Below are positions 20,407-29,931 of a stretch of 64,000 nucleotides of DNA, one piece after another. The stretch covers positions 1 through 64,000 of the forward strand of contig CAVTNR010000002.1 of NCBI GenBank assembly GCA_963736115.1, in the 5' to 3' direction. Origin of the DNA: an uncultured bacterium. GTDB lineage: Bacteria > Zhuqueibacterota > QNDG01 > DTFT01. The translations under genes and the position numbers were made by a program. Numbering within the stretch: position 1 is the first letter of the stretch; every line of letters begins with the position of its first letter. The notes beneath the pieces are model-generated. The model was given only the letters and a program-made list of their open reading frames with translations. It was not told the origin of the DNA and ran no database searches.

Positions 20407-22341
20407 ATGCGCAGACCCACTCGTAAAACCCCTCTCCTCCTTCTGATCCTCTCGGCCGCGGCCGTCCTGAATGCCTTTGATAAACAGACCGTGATGATGC
20501 CGATGCGGGACGGCGTGCGGCTCGCGACGGACATTTACAAACCCTCCGTTTCCGTCGATCGCCTGCCCTGCGTTCTGGTGCGCACCCCGTACGGCAAAAA
20601 AATCGGCATGGAAGCCTGGATGCTTTCCCTGCTCACGGACGTCATGCAGTACACGGTCGTCATACAGGACACCCGCGGCCGCCACGGCTCCGAAGGCGTG
20701 GATTCCCTGTACTTCTCGGACGGGTGGGGCGCAGTACGCGACGGATATGACACGGTGGAATGGCTGGCGGCCAGAAGCTGGTCGAACGGCCGGATCGGCA
20801 TGTTCGGCGCTTCGGCTCTCGGTATCACGGGGATTCTCGCCGCGGGCGCCGCGCCGCCACATCTGTCATGCGTGGTCGCGATCGTATCGGCCTCCAATCT
20901 CTATGAGGACGCTGTTTTCTACGGCGGGGAATTCCAGAACGCGCTGGTGAGCGGGTGGCTCGAGGAAACCGGGAACGAAGACCTCATCCCGTTTTTCCGG
21001 GACCACCATGACGGTGGGCCCGCATACGACCGGGTGAATCTGACCGCCCGTTTCGACAGCGTCCGCGTTCCGATCTTTCACATCGGCGGCTGGCATGACA
21101 TCTTCATTCAGGGAACCCTGAACGCCTTCACCGGTCTCCAGGCCTCCGGAGGGCCCGGCGCCCTCGGCAACCAAGCCCTGCTGATGGGCCCCTGGGTGCA
21201 CAATATTCTGGATGAAAACTGCGGCGAGCTGTCCTTTCCCGGTTCCGGAGCCTCGGTCTTTATCGACGACATCGTGAACTGGTTCGAAGTCTGGCTGAAA
21301 GGCCGCTCCGGACGCATTCCATTCCCGGCGGTGCGCTATTATCTGATGGGCGACGCGGAGCGGGCCGAAGGACCCGGAAACCGGTGGATTTCCGGATCGG
21401 CCTGGCAGCCGGAACCGGAGACGGTTCCGTATTATCTCTCCGGCGGAGGCCGCCTCGCAACCGCTCCTCCCCGGCCGGACGAGCCGCCCGATGTTTTCGA
21501 TTTCGATCCGTCGGATCCTGTGCCGACCCTGGGCGGCCGGAACCTGAACATCCAGGCCGGCTCGCGGGACCAGGGGCCGGCGGAAGCGCGGCCGGATGTC
21601 CTGGTCTATGAGACCGAAGTCCTCGCCGATTCCGTCGTGATCACGGGACGCGTCACCGTGCGCCTATGGGCCTCCTCGGACGGTCCGGATACGGACTTCA
21701 CCGCCAAGCTCTGCGACGTGTACCCGGACGGCCGCTCGATGCTCGTGGCGGACGGAATTGTTCAGGCCAGGCACCGCAACTCCCTGACGATCGAGGAATT
21801 CCTCGCCCCGGGAGAGCCCGAACGGTTCACGATCGACCTGTGGTCCACGGCCCTGGTTTTCGCGGCCGGGCACCGCATCCGGCTGGATGTCTCCAGCTCC
21901 AACTGGCCGCGGTTCAGCGTGAACCCGAACACGGGAGGCCTCTTCGGCGCGGACGAAACGAAGCGCATCGCGCGGCAGACCGTGTATCACGACGCGTCCC
22001 GCCCCTCCTCGCTGGAACTCCCGGTTCAGTTACCGGCCGACGTTCCGGAGGAACCGCAACGCCGGTTCGCCCTGGGCCGCAACTACCCCAATCCATTCAA
22101 TTCCTCGACCGTGATTCCGGTCTTCTCAGGCGCCTCCGCCGGGCGGCTCGAGCTCGAAATCATCGATGCGTTCGGCCGGCGTCTCCGATTCTGGCGTCTG
22201 CAGAACGGTGTCGCGGGCCCGCATTTGATCCTTTGGGACGGGCTTGACGAATCGGGCCGGGACGCGCCTTCGGGCGTGTATGTGGCCCGGCTCCGGTCCG
22301 GCCGGTCCGTCGAAACCGTCAAAATCATCAGGCTCCGTTGA
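20407..22341 (+). CDS. CocE/NonD-family hydrolase with T9SS/FlgD-type C-terminal domain
   Basis: MRDGVRLATDIY, RTPY, QDTRGR, GASALG and GPWVH motifs; NYPNPFN...SGVYVARL CTD. Confidence 0.9.
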   Translation: MRRPTRKTPLLLLILSAAAVLNAFDKQTVMMPMRDGVRLATDIYKPSVSVDRLPCVLVRTPYGKKIGMEAWMLSLLTDVMQYTVVIQDTRGRHGSEGVDSLYFSDGWGAVRDGYDTVEWLAARSWSNGRIGMFGASALGITGILAAGAAPPHLSCVVAIVSASNLYEDAVFYGGEFQNALVSGWLEETGNEDLIPFFRDHHDGGPAYDRVNLTARFDSVRVPIFHIGGWHDIFIQGTLNAFTGLQASGGPGALGNQALLMGPWVHNILDENCGELSFPGSGASVFIDDIVNWFEVWLKGRSGRIPFPAVRYYLMGDAERAEGPGNRWISGSAWQPEPETVPYYLSGGGRLATAPPRPDEPPDVFDFDPSDPVPTLGGRNLNIQAGSRDQGPAEARPDVLVYETEVLADSVVITGRVTVRLWASSDGPDTDFTAKLCDVYPDGRSMLVADGIVQARHRNSLTIEEFLAPGEPERFTIDLWSTALVFAAGHRIRLDVSSSNWPRFSVNPNTGGLFGADETKRIARQTVYHDASRPSSLELPVQLPADVPEEPQRRFALGRNYPNPFNSSTVIPVFSGASAGRLELEIIDAFGRRLRFWRLQNGVAGPHLILWDGLDESGRDAPSGVYVARLRSGRSVETVKIIRLR

Positions 22342-22357
22342 ACAGGAGAATCCCGAA

Positions 22358-22894
22358 ATGGAAAAACTGATCTACACCCGCATGAAATCGCCGCTGGGAA
22401 CACTGACGCTCGTCGCCTCCGGGAAAGGCCTGTTCACCGTTTTCCTTCCGAAGAAGGGAATGGGGATTCCGGAAGCCTGGCTCCGCGGCAGGCTTCGCGG
22501 CCTGGATCTGGTCCGGGACGACCCGGGACTGGCCGGGACGGTCCGCCAGATCGAGGAGTACTTCAGCGGAAAAAGAATAACCTTTTCCATCCGTCTGGAT
22601 CTCAAGGGAACGGAATTCCAGAAAAAGGTCTGGAAAGCCCTTTCGACCATACCATATGGCCGCACGGAAACCTACGGTTCGATCGCCAGGCGCATCGGAC
22701 GGCCCGGCGCCTCACGGGCCGTGGGCGCGGCCTGCGGAGCCAACCCGGCGGCGATTGTCATCCCCTGCCACCGCGTGGTCGGGAGCGGCGGAGCGCTCAC
22801 GGGGTTTGCAGGCGGGCTGGCGATGAAGAAAAAACTGCTGGAGATGGAGAAAGTGGTCGGGTCCGGATCGCGTCAGGCTTCCCCGCGGAGGTGA
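22358..22894 (+). CDS. ogt: Methylated-DNA-protein-cysteine methyltransferase
   Basis: GTEFQKKVW, IPYG, RAVG and active-site IPCHRV. Confidence 0.95.
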   Translation: MEKLIYTRMKSPLGTLTLVASGKGLFTVFLPKKGMGIPEAWLRGRLRGLDLVRDDPGLAGTVRQIEEYFSGKRITFSIRLDLKGTEFQKKVWKALSTIPYGRTETYGSIARRIGRPGASRAVGAACGANPAAIVIPCHRVVGSGGALTGFAGGLAMKKKLLEMEKVVGSGSRQASPRR

Positions 22895-22928
22895 AGAAAC
22901 AGCGGTTCCCGATCCGTGTCCCATTCAT

Positions 22929-22965
22929 AAAAAAAGCCCCCGGCCGTTTCGGCTCAGGGGCTTTT
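22929..22965. terminator. Bidirectional intrinsic terminator
   Basis: AAAAGCCCC...GGGGCTTTT between convergent genes. Confidence 0.75.
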
Positions 22966-22993
22966 GATTGCCGGGTCCGGAACTCGGCGGCGT

Positions 22994-25900
22994 TCACTGC
23001 ATGAGAATCATCTTCCGGCTGAGCACAATCCCATCCGCCTCGAGGCGGTAGACATACACCCCGGACGGCAGTCTTCGACCTGCATCATCCTGTCCGTTCC
23101 ACTCCACGGTCCGGACGCCCTGAGGCTGTTTCCCCTCGAAGAGCACGGCCACGGCCTGCCCCGCGGCATTGACCACGACGAGCCGGACCGCCGACGGCGC
23201 CGGCAGTTCGAACGTGATTGTTGTCGCGGGATTGAATGGATTGGGGTAATTCTGCTTCAACGCGATCCGTTCGGGCGCGGAACCGTCCCGCCGCGCGCCG
23301 GAGATCCCGATGTGCAGAATGCCGAGATTCGAACTGGTCCTGGAAATGCCGTACTGGTCCACGGCGTCCACGTCCCAGAAAAAGATGCCATCCGGCAGGA
23401 ACGCGTCCGGCGCGTAACGGAACAGCGTGTCGTGAGTCACGACCCGCCGGACCGGATTGACAAGAGCGCCCTGCTCATGGAGGTTCCAGGCATAATACAC
23501 GATCCCGATCGAGTCCTGCGTGGTGGAGGCCCGCCACCTGAAGTCGACGGTGTCCGGCCAGGCGTCGGCCCTCAGAAACGCGGGTCCGACAATGACGAAG
23601 GGCGTCGGCGGATCGAGCACCGAGATCACCGTCACAGTCACCGAATCCCGGCAGGAGGCTCCGAGGGGATCCGTGGCCACGAAAAGGAGACTCTCGACTC
23701 CGTACCATCCGACGGTCTGGGGCGCCAGCGTGATGCGGGTTTTCGCCGCGTCCATCGACCAGGCGATGCGGCGGTTCCCGGAAACGCTGAACGTCATGGT
23801 CGTCGCATCATTGTCCAGGTCGGAAACCCTGGCCCGGAGCGAATCGAGCCGCACCACCGCGGCACTGTCTTCGAGCATTTCAATGTCCGGAGTGGGCCGT
23901 GCCCAGACGGGCGCGTCGTTTACCGGCCGAACGATGAACCGCACGCGGCTGCTGTCCGCGTGGTTCAGCGGATCCAAAACGAAAATCCAGATGTCCTCAG
24001 ACCCGGACCATTCCGGGTCGACCGGCCGGGCCCGGAGCACGCGTTCCGAAAGCGTGACCTCCAGGTTCTGCCCCCCGCGGAATCGCCAAATCAGCAGGCC
24101 GTCTTCGTGCACCGGATCCGAGACGAACGCGTCCAGTTGAAGCGGCGCGAATGCGTTTCCCTCATCCGTCGTCTGATCGGGCAGTGCGGCGATCGTGGGT
24201 TTGTCCAGCATGATGGTCACGGAGGCTGTGTCGAGGCTGACACCGCCGTCGTTGTCCGATACCCGGAAAGAGGCCCTGAAGCGGCCGAATGCATGATAGA
24301 CAAAGGTCGGGCCGGTGACGCCCCGCGTTTCGAAAATCCCGTCCCCGTCCAGGTCCCATTCGTAAGTCAGAACGTCGTTCTTCCCGGGATCCGATGCCGA
24401 TCCGTGAAACTGGACCGCGGATCCGGTCGTGCCCGTGTACGGTCCGCCCGCTTCGACCGCGGGCGCCACATTGGCGATAGTCACGCGGGCTGAATCCCTG
24501 CCCACGCCGCCGTCGTCGTCTGTCACCGTCGCCAGCACCCTGAACACGCCGTCGTCGACGAAGAGATGGCTGACGGCCGGTCCCTGACCGGTTTTGCCGT
24601 CACCGAAATTCCAGGCCACCGCGTGGGAGTCCCGTCCCGGGTCCTGAATCACCGCCTCGAAGCTGAACGAGCCGCCTTCCAGTCCCGTCCGATCGGCCCC
24701 GATGTTGACCGCGGGAACGGCGTTGGTGACGGTCAGCGTGGTCGTCCCTTCGGCCGTGAATCCGGAGCGGTCCGTCACACGCAGGCGGACGGCCGCGGTT
24801 GTGTTGTCCTCATAGGTCCGCTGGACCGTAGGCGACCCGGATACCGAATCCCAGACCCCGTCATTGTTGAAGTCCCAGGCGTACGAAACGATGCCGGCGT
24901 TCTGGCCGGTGTCGACCGAGCCGGATCCGTTGAACGTGACGGTCTGCCCCTCGACGAGAGTGTAGGGCCCTCCGGCTGAGGCAGTGGGCGGATTGTCCCC
25001 GATGTTGCGCAGCAGGCGGACGCGGATGTCCTGGCCCTGCGGATAAACAAGCGCGAAATGGTTCCGGACCGCACGCAGAAGATGCTTGCTGCGGCCGTCG
25101 GTGCTGCCCACTCCGGACGCGATCAACTCCGGGGTCGACCATGTCGCGCCGCCGTCCTGGGAAAGGGTGAAATACAGATCGCCCGCGGCCTTCGTCAGGA
25201 AGGCGAGGCCCACGACCCGGCCGTCTGAGGTCGCGGCCACGGATCCGAGACCCCAGCCGTTTCCATCGTTGTAGGTTTCCAGCAGCCCGGCCGGTGTGGG
25301 CATCACGTTCCGGACCAGGTTCCCGCCTTCGTAACGGACGTATCGCACCGAAGGCGCGGAGCCCGCATCCAGGTCGATCTGTGATCCGTAACAGAGATGG
25401 ACGGTTCCGGACGCGTCGACGAACAGGTCCGGCGATCCGTTGCGGCCCGCGTTCTGGCCGGAATGAATGTCCGCGATGAAAGACATCGTCTCCCCGCCGT
25501 CATCCGACCGGTGATAGCTGACCGGACTGCCGCCGGGATCCGGACAGCCGAGGACGAGATGCACCTTGCCGTCTCCGATCGCGCCGATTTCCAGACGGTC
25601 GTCCGTGCGGAAGGACCTCAAACCCGCGATCCGCCGATCCGTGGTTCCGCCGGAAATCCGCAAATAGGCGGCCTCGGCCCAGGGAGCGGCATCCAGGGCG
25701 TATCCCCTGGCCAGGTGCAGCCGGTCGGGCCCCACCGCCGCGATGCGGATCATGAACCCGCGGTTCTGGATGAAGGATATCATCTGCGAAGCGCCCCAGC
25801 CTGTGGAGCGCCGCTCGATCTGATACGTGTTGAAAACGTTCTGATCCATCTGGAGCGGGTAGACCACATGCGCATCCCCGTCCGCGTCGACTGAAACACC

Positions 25901-26194
25901 CGGCCCGAAGCACCAGCCGCCGGCCGCGGATTCGGATCCGGGCACGGTCTCCATGCTCAGAATCGTGCCGAGGGAGTCCAGCCTGAAATACGTGACGCCC
26001 CGGGTGTCGTAATCCGTCCCGCCGATAGTCACGACATGGATGTCCCCGTTCCTGGAATCGATGTCCAAATCCGGAGAGACCGCCTTGGTTTTCAGGGTGA
26101 CGGGATCGGACCAGCGGCTCTGGGCCGCGAGGATTCCGTGGAAGAGTACGAGAAGCAACAGCCGTCCGGCTTTCATGAACCGCTCCTGCGTCAT
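22994..26194 (-). CDS. Secreted protein: BNR/sialidase-like propeller, three PKD domains, cadherin-like repeats, T9SS CTD
   Basis: Asp-boxes SDDGGETM and SQDGGATW; YAWDFNNDG, WNFGDG, VTDDDGG; VNDAPVW; NYPNPFNP CTD. Confidence 0.85.
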   Translation of the reverse strand: MTQERFMKAGRLLLLVLFHGILAAQSRWSDPVTLKTKAVSPDLDIDSRNGDIHVVTIGGTDYDTRGVTYFRLDSLGTILSMETVPGSESAAGGWCFGPGVSVDADGDAHVVYPLQMDQNVFNTYQIERRSTGWGASQMISFIQNRGFMIRIAAVGPDRLHLARGYALDAAPWAEAAYLRISGGTTDRRIAGLRSFRTDDRLEIGAIGDGKVHLVLGCPDPGGSPVSYHRSDDGGETMSFIADIHSGQNAGRNGSPDLFVDASGTVHLCYGSQIDLDAGSAPSVRYVRYEGGNLVRNVMPTPAGLLETYNDGNGWGLGSVAATSDGRVVGLAFLTKAAGDLYFTLSQDGGATWSTPELIASGVGSTDGRSKHLLRAVRNHFALVYPQGQDIRVRLLRNIGDNPPTASAGGPYTLVEGQTVTFNGSGSVDTGQNAGIVSYAWDFNNDGVWDSVSGSPTVQRTYEDNTTAAVRLRVTDRSGFTAEGTTTLTVTNAVPAVNIGADRTGLEGGSFSFEAVIQDPGRDSHAVAWNFGDGKTGQGPAVSHLFVDDGVFRVLATVTDDDGGVGRDSARVTIANVAPAVEAGGPYTGTTGSAVQFHGSASDPGKNDVLTYEWDLDGDGIFETRGVTGPTFVYHAFGRFRASFRVSDNDGGVSLDTASVTIMLDKPTIAALPDQTTDEGNAFAPLQLDAFVSDPVHEDGLLIWRFRGGQNLEVTLSERVLRARPVDPEWSGSEDIWIFVLDPLNHADSSRVRFIVRPVNDAPVWARPTPDIEMLEDSAAVVRLDSLRARVSDLDNDATTMTFSVSGNRRIAWSMDAAKTRITLAPQTVGWYGVESLLFVATDPLGASCRDSVTVTVISVLDPPTPFVIVGPAFLRADAWPDTVDFRWRASTTQDSIGIVYYAWNLHEQGALVNPVRRVVTHDTLFRYAPDAFLPDGIFFWDVDAVDQYGISRTSSNLGILHIGISGARRDGSAPERIALKQNYPNPFNPATTITFELPAPSAVRLVVVNAAGQAVAVLFEGKQPQGVRTVEWNGQDDAGRRLPSGVYVYRLEADGIVLSRKMILMQ

Positions 26195-26333
26195 CCGGCT
26201 CCTCTCCTTTTTCATCAGGGCTGGCTGAAAATGCGCCACCCGCGGAGCCGGTATTCCCCTAAGGACAAGATTAGTGTTTTCAAGAGATTGCCCGTTGTCC
26301 GGCAACTCTGAAAACAAGTATCGGAATAAGACT

Positions 26334-26349
26334 TGCGAGAAGTATGCCA
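26334..26349 (-). promoter_or_regulatory. Putative sigma54 promoter of the PKD-protein gene
   Basis: TGGCATACTTCTCGCA (GG-N10-GC) on minus strand. Confidence 0.55.
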
Positions 26350-26363
26350 GGGGAATGGAAAAA

Positions 26364-26478
26364 GTTCATAGTTCATAGTTCATGGTTCCGAGTTCACTGT
26401 TACCAGTGAGTTCACAATAACAATTTATGATTGAAGATCCACTTTTTTTCTATGAACTATGAACTATCAACCATGAAC
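26364..26478. repeat. Inverted heptamer-array element, (GTTCATA)n...(TATGAAC)n
   Basis: Right arm identical over 34 nt to the copy at 59158-59255. Confidence 0.8.
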
Positions 26479-26484
26479 TGGTTT

Positions 26485-27855
26485 CTACCCCTCCATCTCC
26501 GCGATCTTCACCTCGGGAAATTCCTCGAGCCGCTTGCGGAAAACCGTTTCGATCTCCTTGAGCCGCTCCCGGGTCTTGGCCTCGAAACGCATGACGAGAA
26601 GCGGCTGGGTATTGGAAGCACGCACCAGGCCCCATCCGTCCCCGAACAGCACCCGGGCGCCGTCCACATCGATCACCTGATAGTCCCGCTTGAAGGACCG
26701 GACAAGCTTGTCCACCACTTCGAACTTTCGGTCGTCGGGGCAGTCGATTCGGATTTCCGGCGTGGACTCGAAAGCCGGCAGTTCATCCACCAGCTCGGAG
26801 AGTTTTTGACCCCGGCCCGCCAGAAACTGAACCAGCCGCATCGAGACATAGATGCCGTCGTCGAAACCGAAATACCCGTCCTTGAAGAAAATGTGACCGG
26901 ACATCTCGCCCGCGAGCGGCGCGCCCGTTTCCTTCATCTTCGCCTTGAGCAGGGAATGGCCGGTCTTCCACATGACGGGGACGCCGCCCGCCTTTTCAAT
27001 GGTCTCGGGGAGCAGCTGCGAGCACTTGACATCGAACACGATCGGCGCGCCGGGATGGCGCGACAGAACCTCTCCCGAAAGGAGGGCGAGGATCTTGTCC
27101 GCGAAAACCGCACGGCCGCGGTCGTCCACCAGGCCCAGCCGATCCGCGTCTCCGTCGTAACCAATCCCGAAATCGGCTCCCGTCTCAACGGTGCGGCGCC
27201 TCAGGTCCTCGATGTATTTCATCACCGTGGGGTCCGGCAGATGGTTGGGAAACCGGCCGTCCGGATCGCAGTACATGCGGATCACTTCGCATCCCAGGGC
27301 CTCGAACAGGCCCGGCGCGATGGGCCCGGCCGTTCCGTTGCCCGCGTCGATGACGATTTTGAACCGTTTCGGGATGCGGATCTTCTCGAGAATCATGGCC
27401 CGGTACTCGGGGACGATGTCGTGGCGCGTCAGGCGGCCCTGGCCCGAGGCGAATCTCCCGGACTCGATGAGCGCGAGAAGCGACTGTATCTGTTCGCCGT
27501 GCAGGGAGGCCAGGCCCTCGCACATCTTGAGGCCGTTGAATTCGATCGGATTGTGGCTCCCGGTCACCATGACGCCTCCGCCGGCCTTCAGCCGCTCGAT
27601 GGCGTAATACAGAACGGGCGTGGGCACGATTCCCACATCGATCACGTCCATCCCGGCGGAGAGAATGCCCCTGGCCAAAGCCGCGGAGATCCGCTCCGAG
27701 GAGAGCCGCACATCCCGGCCGACCACCGCGTTCTTCAGGCCCTTGGCGGTCAGCGTGGTCGCGTATGCGCGTCCGATCAGTTCGACGGTCCCGTCATCCA
27801 GGTCCGTGTCCGCGATGCCGCGGATGTCATAGGCTCTGAAAATATTTCGATTCAT
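26485..27855 (-). CDS. Phosphomannomutase/phosphoglucomutase (AlgC-like)
   Basis: IFRAYDIRG, TGSHNP, DGDADR, GEMSGH and LVRASNT motifs. Confidence 0.95.
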   Translation of the reverse strand: MNRNIFRAYDIRGIADTDLDDGTVELIGRAYATTLTAKGLKNAVVGRDVRLSSERISAALARGILSAGMDVIDVGIVPTPVLYYAIERLKAGGGVMVTGSHNPIEFNGLKMCEGLASLHGEQIQSLLALIESGRFASGQGRLTRHDIVPEYRAMILEKIRIPKRFKIVIDAGNGTAGPIAPGLFEALGCEVIRMYCDPDGRFPNHLPDPTVMKYIEDLRRRTVETGADFGIGYDGDADRLGLVDDRGRAVFADKILALLSGEVLSRHPGAPIVFDVKCSQLLPETIEKAGGVPVMWKTGHSLLKAKMKETGAPLAGEMSGHIFFKDGYFGFDDGIYVSMRLVQFLAGRGQKLSELVDELPAFESTPEIRIDCPDDRKFEVVDKLVRSFKRDYQVIDVDGARVLFGDGWGLVRASNTQPLLVMRFEAKTRERLKEIETVFRKRLEEFPEVKIAEMEG

Positions 27856-27909
27856 TCCATCTCCCGATTTTATCGTTCTGAGTTGCAGAGGCCTTCGGTT
27901 TCTCCCCGT

Positions 27910-28798
27910 TCACTTCTTCGCACGGATCACGCGGGGAATGCCGTTCAGATCCTGAAGCGCGGACGCGTCCCGGAGTCCGTTCCGGCCGAACATTTCCAGC
28001 ACGGCCCCCGACTGCCCCGCTCCGACCTCCGCCCATACCGTACCGCCCGGGACGAGCATTTCCGCGGCCAGCCGGGCGAGGACCGGATAGAAGGCAAAAC
28101 CGTCCCCTCCGTCGCACAGTGCCCGCCTGGGCTCGTGTTTCCGTATCTCAACGGGAAGCCGCGCCCATTCGTCCTCGGACACATAGGGCGGATTCGAAAC
28201 CAGCGCGTGGTACGGAGGCGCGGCGGCCGCGCGAAAACCCCCGTCCATCGCGTCCGCCTTTATGAACCGGATGCGGTCTCCGACGCCGATCCGGGCCGCG
28301 TTGTCCGCCGCGGTTTCAAGCGCGTCCGGCTCCGAATCCACCGCATCGACCGCTGCTTCAGGCAGGTTTCGGGCCAGACTCGACGCGATGCACCCGCTTC
28401 CGGTGCCGATATCGAGTATCCGGACCGGTCCTGCCGCCTTCAGCGTTTCGACTGCGTCCTCGACCAGGATTTCCGTCTCCGGCCTGGGGATGAGAACCGA
28501 GGGATTCACGCGGAACGCCAGGGACATGAACTCGGTCACTCCCAGCAGGTATTGGAGCGGCTCCCCCGTGGCCCGACGCCGGAGCAGGTCGCGAATCGAA
28601 GACCGTTCGGAAGCGGAAAGCGGCCGGTCGAATTGCAGATACAGCCCCACGCGATCCGCTTTCAGGACGGAGGCCAGAAGCCTTTCGGCGTTGAGCCGCG
28701 AGGATTCGATTCCGTTCCGCTTCAGAAATGACGCGGCCTCGTTCAGGACGTCGATGAGCCGCCAGATCCGTCCGTTCTCTTCGATGAGGGGTCTCCAT
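27910..28798 (-). CDS. prmC: Release factor glutamine methyltransferase PrmC/HemK (apparent +1 indel near the start)
   Basis: GEPLQY, LIPRPETE, LDIGTGSG and SNPPY motifs; ATG at 28798 is in frame only if one base of the 28788-28791 homopolymer is removed. Confidence 0.9.
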
Positions 28799-28930
28799 GT
28801 TCCCGAATGTCGGTTCCAACCGCCTCTTTTAATGACACAGTCAAAATAGCGATTTTTATCAAGAAATCCAACTTTGGCGTTGCGCGCCGGCGTGATTCTG
28901 AAGTATATTATCCGGTCAACAGGAGCCTGC

Positions 28931-29800
28931 ATGAACGGATTGAAGCGCCCCGCCGCAAGCGGCGGGAAATCTTCTAACTGTAGAAAAAAGACATCCGATA
29001 ATCGCTCGCATCCCCCGAGGCCCGCTACGCGGGATCAAGCAACTGTATTTGTGAATGATTGCAGACAAGCCGCGGGGAATACGCTCGCTGACAGATTCAC
29101 CGTATTCGCCCACAGGGGCGCGGCCGGAACCGAACCCGAGAATACGCTCCGCTCCTTCCGCAAAGCGCTGGAAACCGGAGCGGAATGGGTGGAACTCGAC
29201 GTTCATTCGGTCGAGGGCGTGCCTGTCGTATTTCACGACAACCGGCTCAACCGCCGGACTAATGGATCGGGCCTGATTTCCCGGCGGTCACTGGAACATG
29301 TCCGCTCCCTGGACGCGGGCCTGGGAGAACGCATTCCCCTTCTGGACGAGGTTCTCTCCCTGCTGGCCGGCAAGGCGGGTGTGAACATCGAGCTCAAAGG
29401 ACGCCGGACCGCGGAGCCGGTTGCCGCGCTTCTTGCGGACCGCCTCTCCGAAGGAGTCTGCACCCCGGACCGGCTGATCGTTTCTTCATTCGAGGCGGCC
29501 GAACTTTCGCGTTTCGGCCGCATCATGCCGCAACTCCGCCTGGGCGCGCTGTTCCGTAAAGCCCCTGCGGACCCCGGCGCAGTTCTGCCAGGTCAAGGCC
29601 TCTTTTCCCTGCACCTGCACAAACGGGCCATCTCCGCTGAAATCGTCAACCGCGCCCACGGCCGTGGCCTGCAAGTTTTCGTTTACACGGTGAACGATCC
29701 TACGGACGCGGCCCGGCTCAAGACCATGGGCGTGGACGGCGTGTTCACCGACTTTCCCGAACGTTTTCCCCGCACCCGGGGCTCAGCCCCTCAGGACTGA
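28931..29800 (+). CDS. Glycerophosphodiester phosphodiesterase (UgpQ/GlpQ family) with a 52-aa MITE-derived N-terminal insert
   Basis: AHRG, PENTL, ELDVH, NIELK, YTVND and GVFTDFP motifs; AGGAG RBS before ATG 28931. Confidence 0.9.
   Translation: MNGLKRPAASGGKSSNCRKKTSDNRSHPPRPATRDQATVFVNDCRQAAGNTLADRFTVFAHRGAAGTEPENTLRSFRKALETGAEWVELDVHSVEGVPVVFHDNRLNRRTNGSGLISRRSLEHVRSLDAGLGERIPLLDEVLSLLAGKAGVNIELKGRRTAEPVAALLADRLSEGVCTPDRLIVSSFEAAELSRFGRIMPQLRLGALFRKAPADPGAVLPGQGLFSLHLHKRAISAEIVNRAHGRGLQVFVYTVNDPTDAARLKTMGVDGVFTDFPERFPRTRGSAPQD
28938..29098 (+). mobile_element. GATT-flanked MITE, copy B (one micro-element at 29021-29065), in frame in the phosphodiesterase gene
   Basis: Homology to copies A and C; removing 156 bp restores ATG AAC GGA TTC ACC. 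Confidence 0.8.
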
Positions 29801-29931
29801 CCCCCCACTCCTGTCCCCGCTCCGGAAAGCAAGGGGCCGCCCGGTTCCGCGGAATCCGTTTCCCCTGAAACGGCCCTGCGTCACCGGACGGCCCCTTTGT
29901 CGATCACGTCCGCGTCAAACGGACGACCGTC

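Noticed and set aside
28799-28932. Extended N-terminus of PrmC starting at 28932
   Set aside because: It would span the divergent promoter region and overlap the next gene's start. An indel-corrected ATG at 28798 fits better.
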